Origin: Prasinococcaceae sp. CCMP 1430
Taxonomy: Eukaryota > Plantae > Prasinodermophyta
NCBI GenBank assembly: GCA_013416795.1
Contig: RQSC01000007.1
Coordinates: 178,490-242,489, forward strand
Length of the DNA stretch: 64,000 nt
Direction of reading: 5' to 3'
The position numbers and the translations under genes were made by a program. Positions 11,169 to 21,106 of the stretch are shown piece by piece. Each line of letters starts with the position of its first letter. Position 1 is the first letter of the stretch. The notes under the pieces are model-generated. The model was not told where the DNA came from and made no database searches. It saw only the letters and a list, made by a program, of their open reading frames with translations.

Positions 11169-12811
11169 TTAGATCTGCCCCTCCCCAGCGGGTTCGTCGG
11201 CCTTTGCGGGGGCCTCAACAGGGGGCGCGGGGTCCTTCTTGGGCAGGATCTTGGCGATGAGGAAATCGATGCCGTTGATGACGATGTAAGAGCCGATGCC
11301 AGCGATGATGCCATACGCGATCGAGTACGTGAGCGGCATGATCACGATGGTCAAGAAGGCCGGGATGGCCTCACCGTAGTTGGTCCAGTCGATTTTGGTG
11401 AGGCCGCGCATCATCATAGCCCCGACAATCACCAACGCAGGCCCGGTCGCCCAGGGTGGCACGCTGGCAAGGAGCGGTGCGAAGAAGATCGAGACTAGGA
11501 AGTAGAGCCCCACGACGATCGCGGTGAGCCCTGTGCGGCCGCCCGCCTCGATGCCCGGTGCGGACTCAATGTACGTCGTCACGGGGGAGACGCCCATGAA
11601 GGATCCGAAGCTAGTGGCGGCACCGTCGACGATGAAGGCGGCCATCTGGCCAGGGAAGTTGCCCTCCTTGTCAAGCAGGCCGGCGAATTCGGCCATCGCG
11701 TACACTGATGGAGGCCAGCGAGCGGAAGCGTCGCGCACGTCAGCCAGAGCTCACTTGCATGCGCGCAAGCGTGCCGGCGCCATCGTGGGCGGGCGCGAGT
11801 CGCGCGCCCGTGTCCTCGCTTCTCTGGCACGCGCCAATCCCCGCAGTCAGCGCTCACGCACCGGTGCCCGTGGTGTCGAGTAGGTCCACGTACAGGAAGG
11901 TGATCAACGCCACGCCCAGTTCAGCGCCATGCATGTCCTTGAAGTCCCAGCGGAACCACACGTCGTCGAGGGTTTCGACGTGCGCAACCTTCTTGAAGTA
12001 CTCCCAGCGGTACTCGCCGCCCTCAACGCCGGCGCCGCCCGCCATAGGGTACACGTCGTCCTCGAAGTAGGAAACCTTGGTACCCCTGAACCACGAGATG
12101 ACGGTGCAGAAGGTCATGCCAATGATGATGGCGCCGGTGACCTTGCGCTTCAGCATGATCGCGATGAGAGCGATGGTCACAATGCCGATCCACGTCGTAG
12201 CCGACTCCATCTGGCCGCCCATCTCGTCGCAGGTGTAGGAGTCGGCGGTGACTGGGGAGGGGGGGTAGGTGGCGTACACGCGCTTGTCCGGTGGGCAGCC
12301 GCCCAGCGTGAGACCGGTCGACACGTCGGTCACCACGAGGCCGATGCCCTCGGCGGTCTGCAGGCCCAGGTGCGCCAGGAACATGCCAATGCCACCAGTG
12401 GTGGCGATGCGCACGGACTCGGGGATGGCCTTCGCAAGCTTGACGCGCAGCCCCGTCACGGCGAGCACGACAAAGAGCAGGCCCTCGATGAAAATGGCCG
12501 CCATTGCGGTCTGCCACTTGACACTGCCCGTGCCGCGGTAGCCCACCACGTCGTAGGTGAAGTACGCGTTCAGGCCCATGCCAGGCGCGAGCGCGAAGGG
12601 CAGGTTGGCGCCGAAGCCCATGGCGACGCACGCGACGAAGGAGCTCAGGGCCGTGGCCGTGATGAGCTGGCGGCGGAAATCTTCGACGCACAGGGCGTAT
12701 TCATCGTCGTAGAAGACGCAGTCGAAGTCTTCGGCGGTCGCTTCGCTGCACGTGCAGTAGCCTCCCGACTCGCTCAGCAGGCGAGAGTTCACTGCAAGGA
12801 TGTAGCACAGC
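11169..12811 (-). CDS. AZG1: AzgA/AZG-family (NCS2) purine/azaguanine permease; N-terminal exon(s) upstream, probably in the 13.4-13.6 kb gap
   Basis: Exons 12811-11862 and 11704-11169, intron 11861-11705. Motifs CYILAVN, ANLPFALAPGMGLNAYF, FLYVDLLDTTGT, SPVTTYIESAPGIEAGGRTGLTA, PLTYSIAYG. Confidence 0.92.
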
Positions 12812-13335
12812 CTGCGGCGGCGCAATTTTTTTTTGGGGCGGGGGAGAGGTCTGGGGATATGGTGCAGAGAGTTTAGTGTTCGTGTGCGGTGCTTGCGCCC
12901 CGAGTGCCCCCAGCCAAATCGAGAATCGAACATCCATCGACCGTCGGTCAGACGAAGAGAACAAACACACCCCAAACCATTCAGACATCAATGCTCTCGA
13001 GGGACCCCTCAGGGCACGCGCGACCAGCCCACAAGGGCCGCGTCCGCACAACGACAACCCACAGCAAACAATTCAAACACCAACCAGACAAATGGAGAGG
13101 GGGGAAAAGACGTGCAGTGGCACAAGTGCCTCCAGAGTCACCCCCCCACCACCCCCCTCCTTCCCGCCCATCATCACCACCTTTGTATCGCCGCGCGCTT
13201 GCGCGGGTGGGTCGGCGTGCATGCGATGCGCCAATGAGAGTGTTATATTTTTGCGCGCCGTGTGGGAGAGGGATGTGCCAGGCAGCCGCAGCCGCGCAAC
13301 GCGCAACGCGCTGCAGTGCGAGGAACTCACCGCAC

Positions 13336-13383
13336 CTCTCTCTCTCTCTCTCTCTCTCTCCCTCTCCCTCTCTCTCTCTCTCT
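13336..13383. repeat. (CT)n microsatellite abutting a gap
   Basis: Near-perfect CT repeat directly before the N run. Confidence 0.95.
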
Positions 13384-13603
13384 NNNNNNNNNNNNNNNNN
13401 NNNNNNNNNNNNNNNNNNNNNNNNNNNNNNNNNNNNNNNNNNNNNNNNNNNNNNNNNNNNNNNNNNNNNNNNNNNNNNNNNNNNNNNNNNNNNNNNNNNN
13501 NNNNNNNNNNNNNNNNNNNNNNNNNNNNNNNNNNNNNNNNNNNNNNNNNNNNNNNNNNNNNNNNNNNNNNNNNNNNNNNNNNNNNNNNNNNNNNNNNNNN
13601 NNN
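13384..13603. other. assembly gap (N run)
   Basis: Run of N. Confidence 1.
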
Positions 13604-14178
13604 CCCGTCTCCTGCGGGCTGGCTGGTGGCGGCGGGAACGGGTGGCGCGCGCGCACTCGCGGCGCCGGGAGCCTGCGCGCAGCACGCGACCCCGCGGCCC
13701 TCCGCGAGGCATGATGATGGACCCCGCCGGCCGACCGACCCACCACCACGAAGACCACCTGCACCCTCTGCACCTGCACTGCACCAGCCACTCCAGCTGG
13801 GGACTCCAGCTGGGGAGGCGTCCTGCGCTTCGCCCTGCGACGAGCTTGTTGGAGGCAACGGGAGACACATGAGAGGCGAGGTCAGCCGGAACTCGACCCG
13901 CCTCGCGCAACGCAACGACAGTTCTCGACTCTCGATCGAGTCTGGACGCGTCGATCCTCGCCCCTCCAGCTCCAACCACCACTAGCTAACCCTGCTCAAT
14001 GGATCAACCCAAAAACTACCCCTGACTGACTGACTGGAACGTTCGCTCGTCCCCGGTCGTGTGCTCTCTCAATAACCTTTCAGCGCCCGTGACTCGCAGA
14101 ACCTGAACCCGGGGAACCTCGGTCGGGGGTCGATCGATCGAGGCGAGCGGGCCCGCCGGAGGTGTCGCGGCCGTTAAC

Positions 14179-15411
14179 ATGGCTTTTTAGGGCGCGGGCG
14201 GACCGGCCGCTCGCGCGCGCGCGCACGCGCTGCTTGGGGTTTGCCGGGGGAGGCAGGAGGGGGGGGGGGAGGGGGAGTTGTGTGGCTTCGGCGGTGGTTG
14301 CGCTGGGGTGGCGCGAGCGGCCCCGCGCCGCGCGGCCGCGCGCTGCGACGCGGCCGAGGTGGAGGCGGCGAGCAAGGGCGTGGACAAGGCAAACCTGCCG
14401 GGCATCGCGCAGAGCGTCATCGACGTGGTGGGGAACACGCCGTGCGTGCGCCTCAATCGCGTGGCGCTCGGGTGCAAGGCCAACGTGGTGGCCAAGAGCG
14501 AGCTGATGGAGCCGTGCAAGTCCGTCAAGGACCGCATCGGCAAGAACATGATCGAGGACGCCGAGGCCAAGGGCATCATCAAGCCCGGCGTGACGACGCT
14601 CATCGAGCCCACCAGCGGCAACACCGGCATCGCGCTCGCGTTCGTCGCCGCGGCCAAGGGGTACAAGCTCATCCTCACCATGCCCGCGTCCATGTCCATC
14701 GAGCGCCGCGTGCTCTTCCGCGCGTTTGGCGCCGAGCTGGTGCTCACCGACCCGTCCAAGGCCATGTCGGGCGCGGTGGCCAAGGCGGAGGAGCTGGCGG
14801 CCAGCATCGAGAACTCTCACATCCTGCAGCAGTTCGAGAACACGGCCAACGCGGCCGTGCACGAGGAGACCACCGGCCCCGAGATCTGGCGCGACCTGGG
14901 TGGCGACGTGGACGCGCTGGTCTGCGGCGTGGGCACTGGCGGCACCGTCACCGGCACCGGCAAGTTCCTGAAGGCGCAAAACCCCAACCTGAAGGTGATC
15001 GCTGTCGAGCCTGCGGAGTCGCCCGTGCTGAGCGGTGGCAAGCCCGGCCCGCACAAGATCCAAGGCATCGGTGCGGGCTTCGTGCCCGGCGTGCTCGATA
15101 CCGAAATCTATGACGAGGTGATCCAGATTCCTTCAATCGACGCAGTGGCGATGGCGCGGCGGCTGGCGATGGAGGAGGGCCTCTTCGTGGGCATTTCGAG
15201 CGGAGCGGCGGTGAACGCGGCCGTGCAGGTGGCCTGCAGGCCCGAGTTCGAGGGCAAGAACGTGGTGGTGGTGCTGCCGTCGTTCGGCGAGAGGTACCTG
15301 TCCAGTGTGCTCTTCTCGCAGGTGCGAGACGAGTCAGAAGCGCTCGCGTACGGGTTCGGCGAGAAGGTTAAATTTACAGACTCGGCGGGCAAGTCGCGCT
15401 ACATCGGCTGA
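14179..15411 (+). CDS. OASTL: cysteine synthase / O-acetylserine(thiol)lyase, organellar
   Basis: [12 protein letters not shown] lysine motif [71 protein letters not shown] 14179 is in frame but followed by TAG at 14188-14190, so the 5' end is probably mis-assembled. Confidence 0.95.
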
Positions 15412-15805
15412 GGTGGGTGCGGCTGAGGTCCTCTCGGGGAGCCGTGTAAATGAAACCGTCATTGGATCGCCTCCGCCGCTCGCGCGCCGCGCGGCCCCGA
15501 ATGCGGGGGCGCCCGCCTGGTTGTGCGCGCTGCGGTCAGCAGCGTGCTCTAGATGGCGCCGAGGTCGGAGCCTGTGCGCCGAAAGTCAGCGGCTGCATTT
15601 TCTCGGGCTGGCTATTTTCGTGGGTTCGACGGTCGTTACGTGTGGTCGCGGTGGTCGTGTGCTCCGCAGTGTTGGTTTCGTGCCCAGCGCTGCGTCGCGT
15701 GTGTCTACTTTCCTGCACGCGCGCCACCATTGTCTAGTCTACCTAGACCGCAGCGTCCATCACGTCGTGTTGCGCGTACTGCGCTGGGGTGAGAGGAGGG
15801 ACGCT

Positions 15806-17179
15806 TCATTCGTGTTTCTTCCTGGCCGCAGTGTCCATCGCCTGGTGCATCAGAGACTCGTATTCGTCGAAGGTGATGACGCCGTCACCGTCCTTGTCGG
15901 CTGCGTCAATCATCGTGGTGATCTCTTCCTTAGACAGCCCCGCGTCGGCGAGAGTCTTGGCCATCTCGGACTTCGGAATCTGGCCGGTGTTGTTTTTGTC
16001 AAGTTGGCTGAAGCTCTTCTTGATCAGCTCCTTCTTCTCTTTGTGGGTCATGTCCGCGGCGTCCGTGCTCCCAGCTGCCTGCTGCAACCACACCATCGTG
16101 CTCCTGACCTCTTTCTTGTAGGCGGTCGTGTGTCCACCCACGCCGAAGCGAGGACGTTCGACGGTCTCCGCGTCGCCGAAGCGAAGGTCATTTTCCTCTG
16201 CGTTAATGATGTGGAAGAGGATGCCAGCGGAGAACCCACCGAGGAGGGGTGCAACCCAATACAGCCACAGGTTGGCGTTCGTGCCGTGGACGGCCATCAG
16301 CCCGCTCGCGACCGCGGGGTTGAGCGCGGCGCCTGAGATGTTACCGGCCGCGTAGCTGCCAGCGAGCACGACGGCGCCGATTGCGAGCCCGTAGAAGCTG
16401 TTCTCACCGACACTCACGGTGGTCGCCGTGTTCAACACGGTGACGCACAGCGCGTACGAGAAGAGAAACTCGATCAGGAACGCGTTGCCCGTCGAGACTG
16501 CATCCCTCGGCGCCGGCAGCGGGATTCCGTCTTGGCCAAGCGGCAGCGAGATCTCCGCGATGCGCGCCGCGCACAGCCCGCCGACGACCTGCGCAACGAA
16601 GTAGAAGAACATCCGGAAGAACGAGATCTTTCCACGTAAGTAGACGGCCAGGGACACCGCAGGGTTGTAGTGGCCTCCGGAGATGTGGCCTCCCATGTAG
16701 ACCATCGCGAGGAGGATGAACCCGACCGAGATTGGGGCCGTCGCGTCGCCGCCGGTCATCGCCACCACCAGTGTCTGCAGAGACCAAAGGGGTCGGACGA
16801 CAGGGGAAGCGGGCACAGGGTCAGCCGCCAACACACAATCGATCGCTTGCTACGACCCATCGCGCGCACGCACCAAAAACAGAGTCCCAGTAAATTCCAC
16901 GATGAACGGCGACCCGGCCCTGGCCATCTTCGTGCGCCCAAGGTGGGCGGCGAGCCACACCGGCAGGTCACCGGGATGGATGGGCGGCTTGTTTATCGGC
17001 GCGATCTCGGGCGGCTCGTAGTCCTCGGCGGCCTCCTGCGGCGTCGTGGCATCACCTTTGTTGTCGGCGTCGATCTGAATGGCCGTCTCATCGGTGGGCT
17101 CGGTGCCGACCGACGCAGCAGGCATGCGGCTGGGAGGCACGGCCTCCGCACCTGTCTCGCCACCCTCGGCCGCCGACAT
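15806..17179 (-). CDS. aquaporin (MIP family) with C-terminal EF-hand pair
   Basis: Exons 17179-16874 and 16774-15806 (intron GTGCGT..GCTGACCC..CAG). EFTGTLFL, SGGHYNPAVS and SGAALNPAV (two NPA boxes) with six hydrophobic helices, then in the same exon DKNNTGQIPKSE and DKDGDGVITFDE EF-hand loops. Confidence 0.93.
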
Positions 17180-17341
17180 GATAGCCACGAGCGAGCTTCT
17201 CTGAAGGACCCTACAGCACGCGCCGCGCCGCAACAATGTCAACAGCCGCCGCGGACCAAAAATTGAGGCGGATGACACACACCGCCCAGCGGCGGCGGCG
17301 GCGCCGCGGCAGCCGAGCAGGCCCGCCGCTCGCGCGACGCG

Positions 17342-17820
17342 CACGTGGCCAGCGCAGGCGCGCACGCGCCGCACCTGCCGCCGCCCGCCCCGTGCAAGCC
17401 GCGCTCTGTGTGCCTCCGCGGGCAGCATGCTGCGACCGCGCGCAGCGCCTCTCTAGAGACGGCGTGCCGCGAGAAGAATAATATCTGCCACGTGAGTCGC
17501 CACGTGGCACCGCGTCGCCAAATGCAGGAACTCATAACAGTCTCGGCAATGAGCAACGACCGACAGTCTTCGATGACAAACTTCGAACGCCCTCTGATTC
17601 CACGCGCGCGCATCCAGGGTCCAGGCTGTACGGCGCACCGCGCAGAGGCACGGCGGCACGCTGGGCTGCGAGCCGTGGGGCCGGCACGCGCGCACCTGCA
17701 CTCTTTTGACTCAGGCTGCGTGCTTGCACGTGCAATGTTATCGATTGTCCGTGCATGTTTGCACGCCATGTGCTGTCCACGTGTGACACGCGCACCACAT
17801 CCAAGGAGATGTATCACGTG
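17342..17820. promoter_or_regulatory. cluster of six CACGTG (G-box/E-box) motifs in the aquaporin/CDK20 divergent promoter
   Basis: CACGTG at 17342, 17489, 17501 (GCCACGTGGC), 17727, 17778 and 17815. Confidence 0.45.
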
Positions 17821-18251
17821 GATGGTGGATCTGGCTCAAGCCTACTCTAGTGGCCGGCGACGCACGCCAGGAGGCCGGCCCCGGCGCCGTATACAGGCCG
17901 CGCAGCGAGCGTCGCGCGAGCGCACATACGCTAGCGTGAGCGCGAGCAGGTGCGTGGGTGGCACGTCTTGGAATGCGCTGCCCGTGGCGGGCAAACCTCT
18001 CCTCCTCCCCCCACCCCACACCCTCGACGCCCGCCTCCGTCTTGGCCCTCCGCCCTCGCCGTTGGCTCCATTGGGTAGATCCCTGGTGCACACGCGATGC
18101 CACAAGGCAAATGTTGATGCGTGCCATCAATTGCAGGTCAAATCCGAAGGGGCGTTCCCCAAGCGCACAAGCCACATCGCGCGGTGGGCGCGGTGCCACA
18201 GTCCGGCGGCGGTGCGCGCGCGACGCTCGCCGCAGTTGTTGGTTGGGGCGG

Positions 18252-18277
18252 TCTCTCTCTCTCTCTCTCTCTCTCTC
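18252..18277. repeat. (TC)n microsatellite
   Basis: Perfect dinucleotide run upstream of the kinase ATG. Confidence 0.9.
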
Positions 18278-18348
18278 GCTTGTGCGGGGAAGGCACATGC
18301 GTGCGTAAGTGCCTGCGTGCAGGAAGTGTCAGCGCCTGCTCGTGCGGC

Positions 18349-19587
18349 ATGGCGGCACTCCTGCACCCCGACGAGGCAGCTGCGCGATACACCCTCGCGG
18401 GTGCCAGCGGTGCCGCCGACGGAGAACACGCGGGCGACTTTCGGAGCGGTAGCGACGGCGCCAGCGGCTTTGCTGGCCATGGGAGCGAAGCGCGAGGGCA
18501 GGTGCCATTGGGCGCAGGGGCGTTTGGTTCGGTGCGCGCGGCTACAGACAGGGCGCATCCGCACGCGCACGCGTGCGCGCACGTCAGCGCCGCCGCGCTC
18601 AAAACCGTTCGTATGCCGCGTCTTGAGTACAGCGACAGCGACTACGATAGCGACGAGGGCAAAGAAGATGGTCGTGTGCACATGGCGCGTGGCGTACCCG
18701 ACCAGGTGATGCGCGAGGCGCTGTGCCTCGCCGCTCTGTCAGCAGAACCGCGGCATCCGAATACGCTCGGCCTCCGCTCCGCGCACGCCAGCGGCTCCTC
18801 GCTCGTGCTCGCAACCGACCGCTGCAGGTGCTCGCTCGCGGACGTCCTTGCGCGCGCCGCCGACTCCGGGATCGTCCTCCCAGAGCGCATCGTGCGCGGC
18901 GTAGTGGCGCAGTGCGCAGCGGGCGTCGCAGCAGTGCACGCCGAGAACATGCTGCACCGTGATGTCAAACCGGGCAACTTTCTGGTGAGTGCCGATGGGA
19001 GGGTAGTGCTCGCCGACTTCGGGCAGGCGCGGTTGCAGACGCAGACGAAGTCGCGCGCGCCAGGCGTCGTCCCTGGCAGAGATCGCCGCGCGCTCGTCGA
19101 CCGCGCTGGGCAATACTCGCACGCGGTGGCCACGCGCTGGTATCGCGCGCCTGAGCTGCTGTACGGCGCGACCGCGTACAGCGAGGGCGTCGACGTGTGG
19201 GCTCTGGGGTGTGTGATAGCCGAACTACTGGGCGGCGGTCCGCTGCTTCCCGGGCTCAACGACATCGCACAGCTCGCACGCGTGCAACTACTGCGCGGTG
19301 CGCTAACACCGCGCGAGTGGGCGGGCGTGGAACAGTGCCCAGACTATGGCAAAGTGCACGTCAATGCCCCCGCACTGACCGACGCGGAGCGCGTGGCCAA
19401 GCTGGCAGCAGCCGTCCCGGACGCGTCTGCCGACGCCGTCGCGCTGGTCGACGCCATGCTCGCCTATGACCCTTGCTCTCGCCCCCACGCCACCGACGTC
19501 CTCGCGTGCGAATGGCTCCTCCGCGCCCCCGTGCCCGCAGCGCCCGCGGAGGTTGCCGAGGCGTTCACCGCGCTCGAGCTGTGGTGA
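18349..19587 (+). CDS. CDK20: CDK20/CCRK (Chlamydomonas LF2)-like Ser/Thr kinase
   Basis: LGAGAFGSV, AALK, HRDVKPGN, LADFG, YSHAVATRWYRAPELLYGA, GVDVWALGCVIAELL, PGLNDIAQL. The activation segment and the YSEGVD region resemble CDK20. Small introns are not excluded. Confidence 0.78.
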   Translation: MAALLHPDEAAARYTLAGASGAADGEHAGDFRSGSDGASGFAGHGSEARGQVPLGAGAFGSVRAATDRAHPHAHACAHVSAAALKTVRMPRLEYSDSDYDSDEGKEDGRVHMARGVPDQVMREALCLAALSAEPRHPNTLGLRSAHASGSSLVLATDRCRCSLADVLARAADSGIVLPERIVRGVVAQCAAGVAAVHAENMLHRDVKPGNFLVSADGRVVLADFGQARLQTQTKSRAPGVVPGRDRRALVDRAGQYSHAVATRWYRAPELLYGATAYSEGVDVWALGCVIAELLGGGPLLPGLNDIAQLARVQLLRGALTPREWAGVEQCPDYGKVHVNAPALTDAERVAKLAAAVPDASADAVALVDAMLAYDPCSRPHATDVLACEWLLRAPVPAAPAEVAEAFTALELW

Positions 19588-19847
19588 CGGGTGCGCAGCA
19601 TGCCGGCACATCGTAATAAACCCTAGTAATCAATCACCTCAAACATCCCTGACTCGGACTTCGAAGATCGATTTTCATCTGAAAACCGTTACAAACCCAC
19701 ACGCTACCAATCGAACACGGCACACCCACATCCATCCGCTCTGCCACGCGCCATCGCCGAGGCAGCGGCGTACGCGCAGCGCGCACCTGGCGCCGCGCAG
19801 CAGAGCGTGCGCAGCTGGTGGTGCCCTCTGCCCCGAGCCGGGTGCGA

Positions 19848-21097
19848 ATGGAGGCGTCCACGTATCACCTGGCGCTCGCGGCGTGTGTGGGTGCCGCCCT
19901 GGCTGCGCTGGTGTGTGTGCGCCTGCGCGGCGGGCCGGAGGCCGCCGGTGAGGCCGCCGATGTCGTCATGAAGCAAGTGGGTGAACCACGCGGCGGTCAT
20001 GAGTTGCCGTTGAAAACGTCTGCGTGAGCGACGCGCTCGGACACGCTCGCTGGCACGCTGCCTCCACGCGCGTGCCGCGCGTGTTGCCGCGCGACGTGGG
20101 GCAGACGCTGCAGCACTGGCCGGCGTCGTCGCCCAGTGCCAGCGCCAGCGCCTATTGACACGCCCCCATCGCCTCACGCTCGCACCCAACACCTGGAACG
20201 GGCGGCCTGCGCGTGCGCTGCCGCCGTGATGGCGCCATCGGAACACGCCAGCAGAGACCCTACAATGGCCCTAACACAAAACCCTCGCCCGTCGACGTCG
20301 GCCGCGATCGTCTTCCTTTCGTCTTGACGTGTCGTTTCTGCGGGTGCCCGCCCTACGGCACGACACTTTCGGGCTACAGTAAGAACCCACGCCCCGCCGC
20401 CGGGCTGTGCGTGCTTTTTGATGGCGGATTTCTGCGGCGCTACGCCCTAGCTCGAGCGAGCGAGCCGGCGAGTTGCCGCGGCACACAGCGCGCGGGGGGC
20501 GCAGGCGTGGGGAGGGTGGGTGCCCCTCGGCGCGGCGACGGCCGCGGCGGCGGCTACCGCGGCGGCGACCAGATGGTGCGTTGCGCGCGACGCGGTGGCG
20601 GGGCGGAGTGGTGCGCTCGGGGGATGCGTCGCGCTCTCAGGCCGCGCAACTTCACACACATGCATGCACCCCCTCGAAGGCTTGGGCGGCGGGACTCGTC
20701 CCTGTGCCACCCCGGCTCAAAATGCGGTGCCAGAGTACACTCCTGTTCTGGGTTAGGGCCAATCGCGGCTTTCTGTACGCGTGCGGGGGACAAACCTTGA
20801 TACATCTTGAGAGCCATGCGCGCGGTGCGCGCTGGGGGCGAGGCTACCGCACGGCCCCTGGGGATCGCGCTGCCCAGCGTATCCGTGTGCAAGCCTTGCG
20901 CGTGTGCTGCGACATAGCTTCCTTGTGCGGCTGCGCAGCACGCTGACACGGGGCGGTCTGGTGCGTCTGATCGCTAGGACGTGAGCGTGGACGCCGAGGA
21001 ATTCGACGGCAAGCGGTGGGCGCCCCTCGAGGCCAACGACGTACAACGAGTTGGCGAAGGTGTTGTATTGCAATGTACTGTACATGATTACATTTGA
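19848..21097. other. unresolved region with exon-like segments on both strands (candidate orphan gene)
   Basis: Plus strand: MEASTYHLALAACVGAALAALVCVRL (TM-like, ATG 19848) and an exon after TAG at ~20977 (DVSVDAEEFDGKRWAPLEAND, GC3-rich). Minus strand: MALKMYQGLSPARVQK (ATG 20817) and a TGTAA near 19690. No consistent model could be assembled. Confidence 0.25.
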
Positions 21098-21106
21098 ATC
21101 TCCTGC

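Noticed and set aside
4065-14000. Long ORFs containing X runs
   Set aside because: Artefacts of translating through N gaps.
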